This document shows, in pieces, positions 19,487 to 41,752 of a stretch of DNA of 64,000 bases. Position 1 is the first letter of the stretch, and each line of letters begins with the position of its first letter. Location of the stretch: the NCBI RefSeq assembly GCF_009914755.1, contig NC_060925.1; one strand, written 5' to 3'. A program made the translations under genes and the position numbers. The notes beneath the pieces were generated by a model. That model made no database searches. It was not told the origin of the DNA and worked only from the letters and a program-made list of their open reading frames with translations. The stretch comes from the human T2T-CHM13v2.0 reference genome, Homo sapiens.

Positions 19487-20084
19487 TAGGCACCCCCCCA
19501 TCATGTCCGGCTAATTTTTTTTTTTTTGTATTTTTGTATTTTTGTAGAGATGGGGGTTTCACCATGTTGGTCAGGCTGGTCTTGAACTCCTGACCTCAGG
19601 TGATCCACCTGCCTCAGCCTCCCAAATTGCTGGGATTACAGAGAACATTTCTTAATAATTAACACCCAATTTGGTGATTTTAAATACATATAATAACCAA
19701 GACTAGGTTAATGAACTGTCCCCTTGTTAAAATTCTTAGGGAACTTGCTTTAATAAAGAAAAATTGTCACCAGCAGATCAATCAACTGCATATTCATTGC
19801 ATCTAAAGAGTTTACGGAGCTCACTGAAAACACCTGTTCTCTACAGTTTAAGCACTCCTCTTCCCGGGTTTGTAAACAAGTTTATTTACAGTGTTAGCCT
19901 CCAAATACTTCCTTCAGAGAGAAAAGAAAGTAGTCATTAGCCCCAGTAAAATGTGTGGCTTGGAAAAATTCCAAATCCATAGTGTAAGTTGTAGATAAAC
20001 CAATCCTCCCATCCCCCATTTCTAATGAGCACCTGCCCCTAGTGAAGAAATTTGTTATTTTTGTACCTATACATTACAAATTTA

Positions 20085-21290
<1,206 letters not shown>

Positions 21291-21822
21291 TTTTTTTTTT
21301 GAGACGAAGTCATCACCTAGGCTGGAGTGCAGTGGTGCGATCTCAGTTCACTGTAACCTCCGCCCCGACAGGGTTCAGGCGATTCTCCTGCCTCGGCCTC
21401 TTGAGTAGCTGTGATTACAAGCGCCCACCCCCACACCCGGCTAATTTTTTTCTGTATTTTCAGTAGAGACAGGGTTTCACCATGTTGGCCAGGCAGGTCG
21501 CGAACTCCTGGCCTCAGACGATCCACCCACCTCAGCCTCCCAAAGTGCTGGGAATTACAGGCTTGAGCCACTGCACTGGCCAAAGCTGCTATTTTAAAAA
21601 ATCTTTAACAGGCCAGGCATGATGGCTCACACCTGTAATACCAGCACTTTGGGAGGTCAAGGCAGGAGGACTGCTGGAGGCCAGAAGTTCAAGACAAGCC
21701 TGGGCAACATGAGACCCCATCTGTACAAGATGATAATATTAATTAATGAATAAAAATAAATTTAAAAATATTTAGGGCCCCCAATTTCCAAAAACCTAGA
21801 ACAGTTTTCCTGATGAGACTCA

Positions 21823-22607
<785 letters not shown>

Positions 22608-24119
22608 CTAATAACTGCAGCGGGGTTTTTGGGTTTTTTTTTTTGTTTTTTTGGTTTTTTTTTTTTTGAGACAGAGCCTTGCTCTGTCACTCAGGCTGGA
22701 GTGCAGTGGCGCGATCTTGGCTGACTGTAACTTCCGCCTCCGGGGTTCAAGCGATTCTCCTGCCTCAGCCTCCTAAGTAGCTGGGATTACAGGCACCTGC
22801 CACCACACACAGCATGTTGGTCAGTCTGGTCTCGAACTCCTAACCTCGTGATCCACCCACCTCCGTCTCCCAAAGTGCTGGGATTACAGGCATGAGCCAC
22901 CACACAAGGCCCAACTGCAAGTACCAACACATTTACACCATTCAGGGCCAAGTTCTTTAACCAAATTCCCAAGTATTAAACTTACCCAACCTATTGCCAA
23001 TCACTGACCCCACCACTTCTTACATGGAGGTGTAAGATTATATTCACAGCAGGCTATGCACAGTGGCTCACGCCTGTAATCTCAGCACTTTGGAAGGCCA
23101 AGGCGGGTGGATCATAAGGTCAGGAGTTCAAAAATCAGCCTGGCCAACATAGTGAAACCTCATCTCTACTAAAAATACAAAAATTAGCCAGGCATGGTGG
23201 TGCACACCCCTAGTCCCAGCTACTCAGGAGGCTGTGGCAGGACTCACTTGAACCCGGGAGGTGGAAGCTGTGGTAAGCCGAGATTGCACCATTGCACTAC
23301 AGCCTAGGCGACAGATAGAGACCCAATCTCAAAAAAAGAGTACATTCACAGCAAGGAGCAAAATGCCAGGGCAGCCAACAACTACACACTGAGCTGAAGC
23401 CACAGTGCTATTATGGCTCTTTACAATATCCAGAAGTCAAAGAAACTGAATGTAAAAAACAAAGAGGAGATCAGAAATCTCTCAAAAGGAAAAGAAAAAA
23501 AAAAGATGATTTACCCTATCCTCAGCACTTCAGCACTGACTTCTCTCCTGGCACTATGTTGTCAGTTCTTTCATCCTGTATGAATGTTTCAGTCCTTTCA
23601 CAAGAGTGAATAACTAGATAGATTCTAATTGTTAAAGTATTCTTTCCACACACCCAGAAACCTAATTTTGTACTCAGGCTTAGCCTGCAGAGTATTCAGC
23701 AAATGCTGTTGCCTGAGAGAAAATGGACACATGCACAAAAGACATGTGTGTCTTCTGAAAATACAGCAAGGTGTCATGAAAAACAAGTAATAACATCCCA
23801 CTGGCTGGGCATGGTGGCTCATTCCTGTAATCCCAGCACTCTGGGAGGTGGAGGTGGGTGGATCACCTGAGGTCACGTGTTCGAGACATCCTGGCCAACA
23901 CGGTGAAACCCCATCTCTACTAAAAGTACAAAAATTAGCTGGGCATGTTGGCACATGCCTGTAATCCCAGCTACTGGGGAGGCTGAGGCATTGGAATGGC
24001 TTGAACCCAGGAGGTGGAGATTGCAGTGAGCCGAGATCGCACCACTGCACTATACAGCCTGGGCAACAAGAGTGAGACTCCGCTAAAAAACTTTTTAAAA
24101 GGCCGGACACAGTGGCTCA

Positions 24120-24440
<321 letters not shown>

Positions 24441-24503
24441 TTACAGTTTACAAAGCACTTCAACCACATCTATAACTGAAATTCCAAACACAACTCTCCC
24501 TAA

Positions 24504-24821
<318 letters not shown>

Positions 24822-25240
24822 TAGCCAGGACAGTCTCAATCTCCTGACCTCATGATCCGCCTGCCTCGGCCTCCCAAAGTGCTGCGATTACAGGCTTGAG
24901 CCACCATGCCCGGCCCATCAGGGTAAATTCTATAACCCATTATTCTGGTGCATATTTCTAACTTTACTCCAATTTATTTTCCTATCATGACCTTTTATTC
25001 CCATAGTCACATCTCACTACCACCTATCATACAATTTTACTAATTTCACATCAAAAACCTTTTGAGGCCGGGCGCAGTGGCTCACGCCTGTAATCCTAGT
25101 ACTTTGGGAGGCTGAGGCGGGTAGATCACCTGAGGTCAGGAGCTCAAGACCAGCCTGGCCAATATGGCAAAACCCCGTCTCTACTAAAAATACAAAAATG
25201 AGCTGGCATGATGGCACATGCCTATAATCCCAGCTACTCA

Positions 25241-25435
<195 letters not shown>

Positions 25436-25438
25436 TCA

Positions 25439-25672
<234 letters not shown>

Positions 25673-25955
25673 TTAGCCAGGCATGGTAGTGGACACGTAT
25701 AATCCCAACTGCTTGGGAGGCTGAAGCTGGAGAACTGCTTGAACCCAGGAGGAAGAGGTTGCAGTGATCTGAGATCCTGCCACTTCTCTCCAGCCTAGGT
25801 GAAAGGATGAAACTCCATCTCAAAAAAATAAAATTAAATTTAAAAAACCTTCTAAAATTAAACAAGGTAAAGATACATCATAAATATCTCTACAAGTTGC
25901 CATTTCAGAGGCATATATAATCAAGTACCATTCAGCATTAGAGAAGAGCATCTGA

Positions 25956-26310
<355 letters not shown>

Positions 26311-26978
26311 TAAAGTTATAATCAGGCTAGGTTAAAATTATAGTCAGGCCAGGTACGTGGCTCACACTTTTAATCTCAGTACTTTGGGAGGCCAAGGTGC
26401 GAGGACTGCTTGAGACCAGGAGTTTAAAACCAGCCTGGACAACATTGTGAAACCCTGTCTCTACTAAAAATACAAAAATTAGCCAGGCATGGTGGTACAC
26501 CCCTGTAATCCCAGCTACTCAGGAGGCTGAGGCACCAGATTGCTTGTACAAAGGAGGCAGAGGTTTCAGTGAGCCTAGATAGTGCCAGTGGGTGACAAAG
26601 TGAGACTCTGTCTCAAAAAAAAAGAAAAAGTTATAGTTGAAGAAGGCCTGCTGATGATTCCTTTGACCAAGCACATAATGTTAAGCCTTGTGAATTCTGA
26701 GCATAATGAAAAGGCTCTAAGAGTACATGTGTAAGAGAAACAAAATATGAAAGATGGATTATTCAGCTTTAACATGTTAACCAAATGCTACTAGCACAAA
26801 TGCTAAGGCAATCTACCCAGGTAGACAAGATTCATTGTCTAAGAGAGTCCATCAGCAGGTACAACAGAAAGACATTTCTAGGGAATGTCAAGACTCCCCA
26901 GTTTGGGAAATACTTGGGCTCCCTCCCAGTTTAACATAGTAGTCCCTGTTAATTACAAGGTATAAAAATTAACTGGAG

Positions 26979-27314
26979 CTCTTTCCTTTTGTCTCACTGC
27001 ACTCCTGAGAGCAAGATGGGTCACCAGCAGCTCTACTGGAGCCACTCGCAAAAATTCAGCCAGGGTTCTCTCTCTTGTTGCGTATGCTCAGACCAGCAAG
27101 ATCTGATCCAAATTACGGCCTCAATATGCCCCACCAGTGTTTCTGTCAGTAAGCGAAGAAAATGGGTTTCATTAAATTGGGCTGCATTAAGTTGGACGAA
27201 GTGATCTTCCTTGAATGGATTATCCAAGGCATCCACCCCAATGAAAGAAACCATGATAGCTCTTTTTTAATATATAATAAAAATAAAATTTTTAAAACCC
27301 TTCAAAAAAAAAAA
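26979..27314 (+). pseudogene. Processed pseudogene of ribosomal protein RPS29 (uS14)
   Basis: Pyrimidine 5'TOP-like leader, then ATG at 27016 and [22 protein letters not shown] matching RPS29 [25 protein letters not shown]. Frameshift near 27110; original TAA changed to GAA; 3'UTR with AATAAA; poly(A) 27304-27314. Confidence 0.93.
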
Positions 27315-27399
27315 GACTAACAGCACTGAAGAGTAAGACTGGTTGACATGTCAGGGGTGGGTATCAGAATATCATTGTTAAGATGGCCACACCAAGTGA

Positions 27400-27819
<420 letters not shown>

Positions 27820-28153
27820 TGATATATCCTAGTGCTAAAAGAGTGCAAGCAAAGTGGGTAAGCTCTGTGGAACTGTCCTCCAAATTTCCCTTCCCCCAGG
27901 GCAAAGCTTCTACCTCTGTCCCTCATAATCCAGTACAGAGGCTACAGTTCAACCAATCGACTTTAATTTTTTTGCCCTATTTCATCAACCAGTTTATCTA
28001 TCCCACAGCAGTTTACAGAGAAAACAGATTTCACAATACAAGAATAAAACACTCTCAAGTCAAAGACTTGACCTTAGGCTTTTAGTAATGAAATTTTCAA
28101 TGTTATTCAGGAAAGAAAAAAATCTAAAGGTATAAAAATTACTGTCAAAATAA

Positions 28154-28360
<207 letters not shown>

Positions 28361-29634
28361 TAGCCAGGATGGTCTCGATCTCCTGATCTCGTGATCCGCC
28401 TGCCTCGGCCTCCCAAAGTGCTGGGATTACAGACATGAGCCACCGTGCCCAGCCCAAAATGAGTAACATTTTCAAATACATAACTCATTTGGGTGGGAAG
28501 ATGTGTCTAGTGTTTCCTAGTATTTGTTTTTTAAATTTCCTTTTTTTCATTTTTTTTTTCTTTTCAAAGAGACAGGATCTCACTGTCACACAGGCTGGAG
28601 TGCCTGAACTCCCTGGGCTCAAGTGATCCTCCCTTGAGTAGGACTACAGGCATATGCCACCATGCCCAGCTAATTTTTTTCCTTTTTATTGTAGATACAG
28701 TGTCTCACTATATTGCCCAGGCTGGTCTCAAACTCCTGGCCTCAAGCAACCCTCCTGACCCAGCCTCCTGAGTATCTGGGATTAGAGGCAGGAGCCAATG
28801 TACCCAGCTTTATTTTCTAGTATTTTGCTCCATATCCATTATCTTTTTTTTTTTTTTTTGAGACAGAGCCTTGCTCTGTCGCCCAGGCTGGAGTGCAGTT
28901 GTGCAATCTCAGCTCACTGCAACCTCTGCCCTGCTTCCCGGGTTAGAGCAATTCTCATGCCTCAGCCTCTCGAGCAGCTGGAATTACAGTAACGCGCCAC
29001 GACGCCCGGCTGATTTTTGTATTTTTAGTAGACACGGGGTTTCATCATGTTGCCCAGGTTAGTCTCGAACTCCTGGCCTCAACTGATCCGCCCACCTCGG
29101 CCTCCAAAAGTGCTGGGATTACAGGCATAAGCCACCACGCCTGGCCCAATATCCATCATCTTTTTTTTTTTTTGAGACAGAGTCTCCCTCTGTCACCCAG
29201 GCTGGAATGCAGTGGCGGGATCTCGGCTCACTGCAACCTCTGCCCCCGATTCAAGCGATTTTCCTGCCTCTCCTGAGTAGCTGGGATTACAGGCACGTGC
29301 CACCACACCTGGCTAATTTTTGTATTTTTAGTAGAGACAGGGTTTCACCATGTTGGCTGGTCTCAAACGCCTGACCTCGTGATCCACCTGCCTCAGCCTC
29401 CCAAAGTGCTGGGAGTACAGGCGTGAGCCACCACGCCCAGTCCACATTATCTTAATTGTATACTATGGGTATAATTTTACAGGCAAAAAAAAAAAAAAAA
29501 TTTTTTTCATGAGACTTCTTTCCCTCACTTCCCTCCGAAGACCTCAATTTGGCCCAAAAATGAGGGCTCTCTGCCGGGCGCAGTGGCTCACGCCTGTAAT
29601 CCCAGCACTTTGGGAGGCCTTTTTTTTTTTTTGA

Positions 29635-30214
<580 letters not shown>

Positions 30215-31456
30215 CTACAGAGCAAGACTTTATTTCAAAAAAAAAAAAAAAAAAAAAAAAAAAAGGAGTTTGAGACCAGCCTGAGCATGGCAAAACTCCA
30301 CCTCTACAAAAAATACAAAGATGAGCTAGGTGTTGTGACATGTGCCTGTGGTCCCAGGATAGGGAGGCTAAGGCAGAAGAATCGCTTGAGCCGAGGAGGC
30401 AGAGGTTGCAGTGAGCCTAGATGGTGCCCATTGCACTCCAGCCTCGGCAACAGGAGTGAAACCCTGTCTCAATAAATAAAAAGAAAAAAGTGTAAAAGCA
30501 ATTGCTCTTAAATGGGAGTAATTACGAGAGAAATAAAGTACCTGGCATGACAAAGAGTTCCCCTCCCTCCAATGCTACTGGCATCACAGCCTGTGATATT
30601 CTTTACTTCGCTAGTTCACTAGTGAAAGCATCCTGCCAATTCGATCTCAAACTTTGTTCCATTATGCCAAAGGGCCACTAAAAAAAAAAAAAAAAAAAAA
30701 AAGGCCCAGTGGTAGGGTAGAATGAGCTGGCAATAGGATCACTTTATATTGAGTCATTCTGTCTCTACAGAGATAATTTTCCATCCACATTACCACTTAG
30801 AACACATATGTAATAAAAAACAGAACTGAAGAAAAATGGACTTTACCATTACTGCTTTTGGGAGTTGGGGGCAAGTACTCCTGCAATTATAGGAGAATGG
30901 TCAACATTTGTATTCATCTCATTATTAAGTTTACAGTCTCTAAATTTCAAGCAAAATTATGGCAAAACAATTCTTTGGCCCTGTAATGTGCCACTTGGTT
31001 GCACAGTTTTGTCTGGTTTATCTTGCCTAGGGAAGCAGAAACAGATCTAGAACGTGGACACTGGAATCAAAGACTGATTTCAAAAACCAGGTATTACCTG
31101 GTAACAAAGCCTCAGTTTCTCACTTTTCAAAAAAGGGTATTTATCTCCTTCATAGGATTGCTGTAAGGATTATATATAGGAAATACAATAGCCCAATGCC
31201 TAGAACATATAAATATTTCCGTTATCATCAGTGGTTCTCAACCTCTTTTTCACTCTGACCCACATGACAGATCAGGCACCCTCTTACACCTCCTATCCGT
31301 AACAGTGGCTAATAAGGGCAGAGATTCTCCACCTAGAGATGTGCCCCTTTGCTCTTCAATTATGCTACCCTTAGCACAGCTGCCTATCAAGTGGCCTCTA
31401 CCTGTTGCCATGTGTTTCCCAGCAGGATGACTGAGCTGTAAGACCCACTCCTTTAC

Positions 31457-31524
31457 CTGAGCGCAAAACTGAAGAACCTCTCGTCTTCCCTCATTCAATC
31501 AACACGAAAGTTTCATAATACCTC
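31457..31524 (-). other. Candidate cryptic/poison cassette exon (68 nt) in PUM1 intron 2
   Basis: Acceptor ttgtgtttttcatgccccttttccAG|GAG and donor CAG|GTAAAG; in-frame TGA after E-V-L. Motif evidence only. Confidence 0.4.
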
Positions 31525-32139
31525 CTGGAAAAGGGGCATGAAAAACACAAGTCTCTGATCTAGAATAGTTCAGTCCAGAAGGTGAGAACAACACTAAAAC
31601 CAGTACAATACACTATAATGACTACAGAAAAGTAACCTGTGGGTGGTCCACAACTGCAATATACCAACTACCCTGAGTTCCCCAACGTTGTTCATTATTT
31701 CATGCGTCCAGCCCAAAGAATTGTGTTGTAATGATGAATGCCAATTCCAAGGTCACTGGTTTAGGCCACCTGAGTGGGAAACAGGTTTTGCCATTTACTA
31801 TTATTAACTCAAGTTTGCTAACTGACCTGGATAAAACTGCTCAGTAAGTCAGATGTGATTCCTTATGATAGGGCTCAGTGTAAGACAGAGGCCTGAGTAA
31901 GCCTTCAATAAACGCTTCTTAACTTGCACAGCAATAATCAGATCTTAGAGCTCTGCCAAGGACTGACCTAGAGTTTGATTTGCTCACCTAGCAAAGAACC
32001 TGCCAGGCACCTTGACTCTCCTTTCAGCTTCCACCCATCAGTCTATCATTAGGAAACACAACAAAAGATCTTATAGATCTTTATTACAGATTTTAAAAAA
32101 CCAATGTTTATGATTTTTGAATAACATTTAGCCAAATAG

Positions 32140-33341
<1,202 letters not shown>

Positions 33342-33543
33342 TAGAGCCTGGCCAACATGGCAAAACCCCGTCTCTACAAAAAATACAAAAGTAGCCGGGT
33401 GTAGTGTTGCAAACCTGTAGTCCCAGCTACTCAGGAGACTGAGGTGGGAGGATCGCTTGAACCAGGGAGACCGTGGTTGCAGTGAGCCAATATCATCATA
33501 TCACCACACTCCAGCCTGGATGACAGAGCCAGACCTTGTCTCA

Positions 33544-33982
<439 letters not shown>

Positions 33983-34515
33983 CTAGAAGCCTAATGAAAA
34001 ATGTCAGTTCTCGCTAATCAGTACTGACGGGTGACACAAAATGAACCTTTCCAAATTCAACCTATACCCAATTTCAAAGAATACCCTGATCAAAACAGTC
34101 TAATCTTTTGGTTGGTCATTATCAAGAAATCAGGAAACATGGATAAGGCTAACCTCTCTTCTCAGTAAAATATGCTATGATTCCCACTATGGTTTTAGAT
34201 TAATAAGACTGAACATGTTAAAATTAAAAATTAAACAATAACAAGAGGACAAAGGTGGTTAAAACCTAAAAGCCACAACCACTTCTCTCTGACACAATAT
34301 ATCAGTCCCATTTCAAATAAATTTCACTTGAGCAGCTGATGTTATCAACTTCCCCCTACTTTCAACTACAACATCTTAAAATCAAGTCACCCACACCCAA
34401 GAGAAAAGATTCAAAAATATGTATCTATCCTATAAACAACCCTAGCAGTTCTTATGTCAACAGTAAAAAAAAGAATCCTTTGTTCCAAAAAAAGTGTTCT
34501 TAAAAATGCGTTGTA

Positions 34516-35140
<625 letters not shown>

Positions 35141-35320
35141 ATTGGCTATTTACTATTTAGCACCAGAATGATAAATGACCCAGTAACAGTATTACAATGA
35201 TCAACCTTTATAACAAGTAACTGTTTGTACCAAATGAAATCAGCAATTTAAGTTTTTAAAGACATTCATTGAAAGCAGATATCCTAAGTGGACAGTGATT
35301 ATAAAGGAATGTCAAAGCTA

Positions 35321-35740
<420 letters not shown>

Positions 35741-35988
35741 TTAATATTTCCATCTTTTGAAACATAAAACACACTAAGATAAAAACATGAACCCCATGTC
35801 TTTTACAATAAATAAATGTCGTTGGTGGCATGCACTCTGGCAAGGTATTGGGATCAGAACTCAATACTACCACTTCAGAGAAGTTTATGTTGTTAACCAA
35901 CACATAGCAATACAGAATTAGACTTCTATCAGTCTACCCAACTTACTTATACCTCAAACCAACTGACAGTTTTTAAATGAACAAAAGC

Positions 35989-36284
35989 TTTTTTTTTTTT
36001 GAGACAAGAGTTTTGCCCCTGTTGCCCAGGCTAGGGTGCAATGACGCGATCTCGGCTCACTACAGCCTCCGCCTCCTAGACTCAAGCGACTCTCCTGCCT
36101 CAGCCTCCTGAGTAGCTGGTACTACAGGCGCCCACCACCACGGGTGGCTAATTTTTTGTATTTTTAGTAAAGACGGGTTTCACCATGTTGGCCAGGCTGG
36201 TCTCGAACTCCCGACCTCAGGTGATCTACCCACCTCGGCCTCCGGAAGTGCTGGGATTACAGGCGTGAGCCACCGCGCCCAGCC
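35989..36284 (-). mobile_element. Full-length Alu in intron 1, 273 bp from exon 2, inverted relative to the intron 2 Alus
   Basis: poly(T)-GAGAC...GCGCCCAGCC; flanking repeat CAAAAGC. Confidence 0.95.
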
Positions 36285-36308
36285 CCAAAAGCCTTTTTAA
36301 AACTATCA

Positions 36309-36620
<312 letters not shown>

Positions 36621-36766
36621 CACAACTTTACAGCTGGAGCAGACATATGCTAATAACTAAACAAAAGCCTAAACCCATATATAAGTAGCAATGGCTCAGA
36701 TTGTGTAATTTGAAAGGATCCCTTAAAGTGTCCAACATATTGGCCAGGCGAGGTGGCTCACGCCTA

Positions 36767-37162
<396 letters not shown>

Positions 37163-37535
37163 TCACTGATTTTTAAAAGCATTAATATTTTTACCAGTAA
37201 CTTACAACTATTAACTGTAATCACATTATGCCATTAGTACTTCAACTACTATAAACAGGATGAGACCAAACCAAATTTAAACACTTCATATTAGTGTAGA
37301 AAGCCTCACTACAGGCTGGGCACAGTGGCTCACTCCTGTCATCCCAGCACCTTCGGAGACTTAGGCAGGGAGAATCGCTTGAGCCAGGAGCTGAAGACCA
37401 GCCTAGGCAACACAGTGAGACCCCCATCTCTATTATTTTATTAAAAAATAAGGCTCTAAGAAGGCCAATGGAGGTTGGGCACGGTGGCTCATGCCTGTAA
37501 TCCCAGCACTTTGGGAGGCCGAGGCGGGTGGATCA

Positions 37536-37733
<198 letters not shown>

Positions 37734-38471
37734 TCAAAATAAATAAATAAATAAAATAATTTTTTTAAATTATAAAAAAAAAAGAAAGCCTCACTATACA
37801 AACCAGAAGCCTCAGTTGGGTGTGGTGGCTCATACCTACAATCCCAGCACTTTGGGAGGCTGAGGTGGGCAGACAGCTTGAGCCCAGGAGTTCAAGACCA
37901 GCCTGGGCAACATAGCAAGACCTATCTCTACTAAAAATAATTAGCCAGGCATGGTGGCATGTGCCTATAGTCCCAGCTACTAGGGAGGCTGAGGTGGGAG
38001 GATCATTTGAGCCCAGGAGCGGGAGGCTGCACACCCGCTTGGGCGACAGAGTGAGTTCCTGTCTCAAAAACAAACAAACAAACAGAAGCTTCAACACGGT
38101 AATAGTGTAATGAATATATCGCAGACATTGTCTCATCACAAAAGCATTGAAAGGTAGCCATTATTATTTCTATTTTACAAATGCAAACACTAAGGTACAG
38201 GAGGAAAATGGGATGTTTCCAAGGCCATTCAACTAGCAAGTAGCAGAGAAAGGATTCAAACCCTAATCGTTCCCAAGCTTACTTCTTTCTACTAACCCCT
38301 TGCAGGAGTAACTCAACAATATGTCTCATTTGTATCCTCTACTCCTCTGGAAGACCAACAAAGAATCCCTCAAATGTTACTATGAAACACTAAAGTTCCT
38401 TAAAACCAAAAACTGCATCTGTACTTAAGATAGAACACTTGCCAGCCTGTGGATGCTTTTAAAAAATGCTA

Positions 38472-38792
<321 letters not shown>

Positions 38793-39606
38793 TTACCAAT
38801 TAGGACACACCTGTCCACAGCCACGGTCTAATTTCAAAGCCATCAGCCTAACAGTCTACTGCTACAAATGCTTTATCTCTTCTCCCAACCCCCACTGTGA
38901 TGCTTCAAAAACACATGAATAACAAATCTACTATCTCTCTGTTGAATAAATAAACCTTCTGATAAAGTAGCATTTGCTTCTCACAACTAAATTCATGTTT
39001 TTGAAGCCAGCCTAAGAAGACACAATGGAATTTGTAATTTGTTTAAAGCCTAATTTGGAAATGCCTAGTCTAGGTTAAGAATTCCAATCCATCAGAACCT
39101 TAGCAGGGTACTGGAGTAGTCTAACCTAGACACTAGTCCCTGCTCAAGTACCAAAACCAAAAAGTCATAGCCCGGTTTCACCATCGGTCTTTCAAAAGTG
39201 CAAACCAGCCTAATGCCTCCCTGCTTGGTTTTTTAAAGAATTCATTACTCTCTTAGTACTAATACTAGACAGTCCCATTCTGTTCTAAAAGGAAATCTCG
39301 ACCTAACAATCTTTGTTCTAGAGCAGGCCAAGAGTTCCAAAACCCAAGTTCTTTCACTAAACAAAACTACCTGTTTCCTCATCTAGAAAATGAAAGAAAT
39401 CCTTCCTCTATGACTCTCAATGTTTTGGGTTTTTCTTAATGAAAATGAGATAAATATAAAAGTTTTTGGTAAATTTAAAGTCATCGTGCTTAAGACTCTT
39501 AGAATTTAGTTACCCCTAGTTAAGGCAACTCCAGTCCCTAACAGAATTCCTAAAACAGCAAATGCAATCTTTTCTGAAATAAAAGCCTTCTCAAAATAGT
39601 TATCTA

Positions 39607-39766
39607 GGAGGCTGAGAGAAGGATAATGAGAGATTACCTAAGGAGGACAATGTACGTTATTCCAGTGATGGACACACAAAAAGCCCTGGCTTCACCACTA
39701 CGCAATACACGCATGTACAAATTACACTTGTACCTCACAAATTATACAAATAAAAATTTTTAAAAG
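39607..39766 (+). mobile_element. Short 5'-truncated L1PB-like 3' end
   Basis: AAAAGCCCTGGCTTCACCACTACGCAATA...CACTTGTACC...AATAAAAA; flanking direct repeat AGTTATCTA. Confidence 0.7.
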
Positions 39767-40898
39767 AAAAAAGTTATCTAACAAAGAATATCCACATAAA
39801 AGAGGAGTTTATCACTGACGCACACTAAACACACCTTCATTCTAAAAGGAATGGGGGAAAGAAAAGACTCCTATAAAAATGTTCAAACGAAACAATTGGC
39901 TTTTGTAAAGCTATCTGTATGCCCTAAGACTTCCTGCTTTACCTAAAGAGGCAAGGCAGTTTCTCAAACCAGAGAAAACCTGGCAGAACAGTTTCAAAGT
40001 GAGCAAATACCTAAGCAATTAACATGTTATGTTGGATAGTTTTGTGGTATTTTGGCAAATACGGCACAAAAATTAAAAACTCAGTATCCTAAATATCAGA
40101 AAAGCTCACTAATACGTGTAGCATTTAAAATGTGATTTTTTTACAAATGACACCTTATAAGTACTTTAAGCAACTAGAAGTGCTCAGTCCAGCTACTCTT
40201 TCACAGCTTTCAAATGTTTACAAAGTTTTTTAAAATATCACTAATTGAGTTGAATTCAAAGGAACACGGTTTACTTTATTTCCATGGCTCACCTTTTACT
40301 AAAATGCTTAGTGGTTTAAAAGGTGTTTATTTTTACCACACTTAACAAACATTCTGTGGTCATAAATTTATCTTAAAACAGTTCATTTTAAACCTAAACT
40401 AAACAAATTCCAACTTCAAAAAGCTGTGGCCTTGAACAAAATGAATTCAATTGTCGCTAAAGCAAAACACTAACTCAAAGTTCAGAATCCGGAGAGCGTT
40501 TCCCAAGAGCCCAGATAAAGAATCAACAGCCCCCCAGTGTTTTATAAAGTTAAAATTAGCAAAGGGTCAAAATGTTTATTTTGCTTACGAAAACTGCATC
40601 GGAAGCCACATTTCTTGGGGTTGGGCCTGTCTTAGTAAGTTTTTAGGTGCTTTCAAGAAACAAAATGCTAAGCCTATTGTTTCAGAAGTTAACTGACTTT
40701 AAAACAGAACCCAGGAAAAGCTTCATAAAATCTTATTCTTAATTAATCCCAGTAATAACAGGAATTGAGCAAAATGGTATCGAGGGCTGAGAACAGTGTT
40801 TTCTTAATTGAACAATAAAAGGTAACAATCTAAGTTACGGGAGAATAAAGCCTTCTCTGGTAATGCTGTGTGTGGGTTTCTGGCTTTGTTTTTTCAGC

Positions 40899-40917
40899 GG
40901 GGGGGGGGGGGGGGGGG
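40899..40917 (+). repeat. G19 homopolymer in PUM1 intron 1
   Basis: Direct reading. Confidence 0.95.
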
Positions 40918-41752
40918 CTATAGGAGGGAAAAGTTACAGGAGTGTATTCCTCACTTGACGTGGGAATGGTACTGACAAGTAAAACAAATGATCTATGTTT
41001 ACCAAGCATGTTTGTGAGGACTAAAACTAGTATTGTGTATCTAGATTTTCCTACTAGCAAGGGGTGAACCCCTCTTTGAGTGAAGAGAGACACCAACACC
41101 GGGAGGCTCAAAAAGGAAGAACCCACCAAAAACACAAGCTCACACGGAAACAAAAGGCCACAGCAACCCAGGAGCCTAAAAAGCATTCTGAAACTTCCTG
41201 ATCGCCACTTCTCCACATTTAAGGCTCGCAAAGTTCCCCCACGGTGAATCTCGCCTGTGGACAAGGGCCACGGCTGCTTCTAAAGCGATTTATTGTTCCT
41301 CCTCCTCCGGCGCTGCCACGGAAGCTCAAGAAGTCGAAGAAATCGGGGTGGCACAGAATTACACTTCATGGCCACACAGAAGACTCGGGGCTTCGCAAAC
41401 CCATCAAAAAAAGCAACCCGAATGGCAACATCAATCTTCGGTGGTTCCCAACAGGGCCAGGCAAAAATGTAGAGGCACGTCTACGCCCTGGGCTCGGGCC
41501 TAAACCCCCAGCATTTTCCTAGCTTCGACCCCGCTCCCCACCCCCTCCCTCCTTTGATAACAATAGGGGCCTTGCTGCTGACTCCAAAACATGTACGAGG
41601 AACAGCGAGTGAGAAGCCTCAGCCAGGGCCCCGGCGGCTTTTCCAAAGCCCTTCTCACCCCCACAACCACTCTCAAACACCAATATGAAGGGACAATCTG
41701 CTCGTTAGGGGTCCGGAGCAGCGTTTGGGGCCGGTGGGGTGCGGATACTCAC

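Noticed and set aside
23510-23730. Possible minus-strand cryptic exon (acceptor ttttctctcAG near 23713)
   Set aside because: Only a weak donor candidate; insufficient support.
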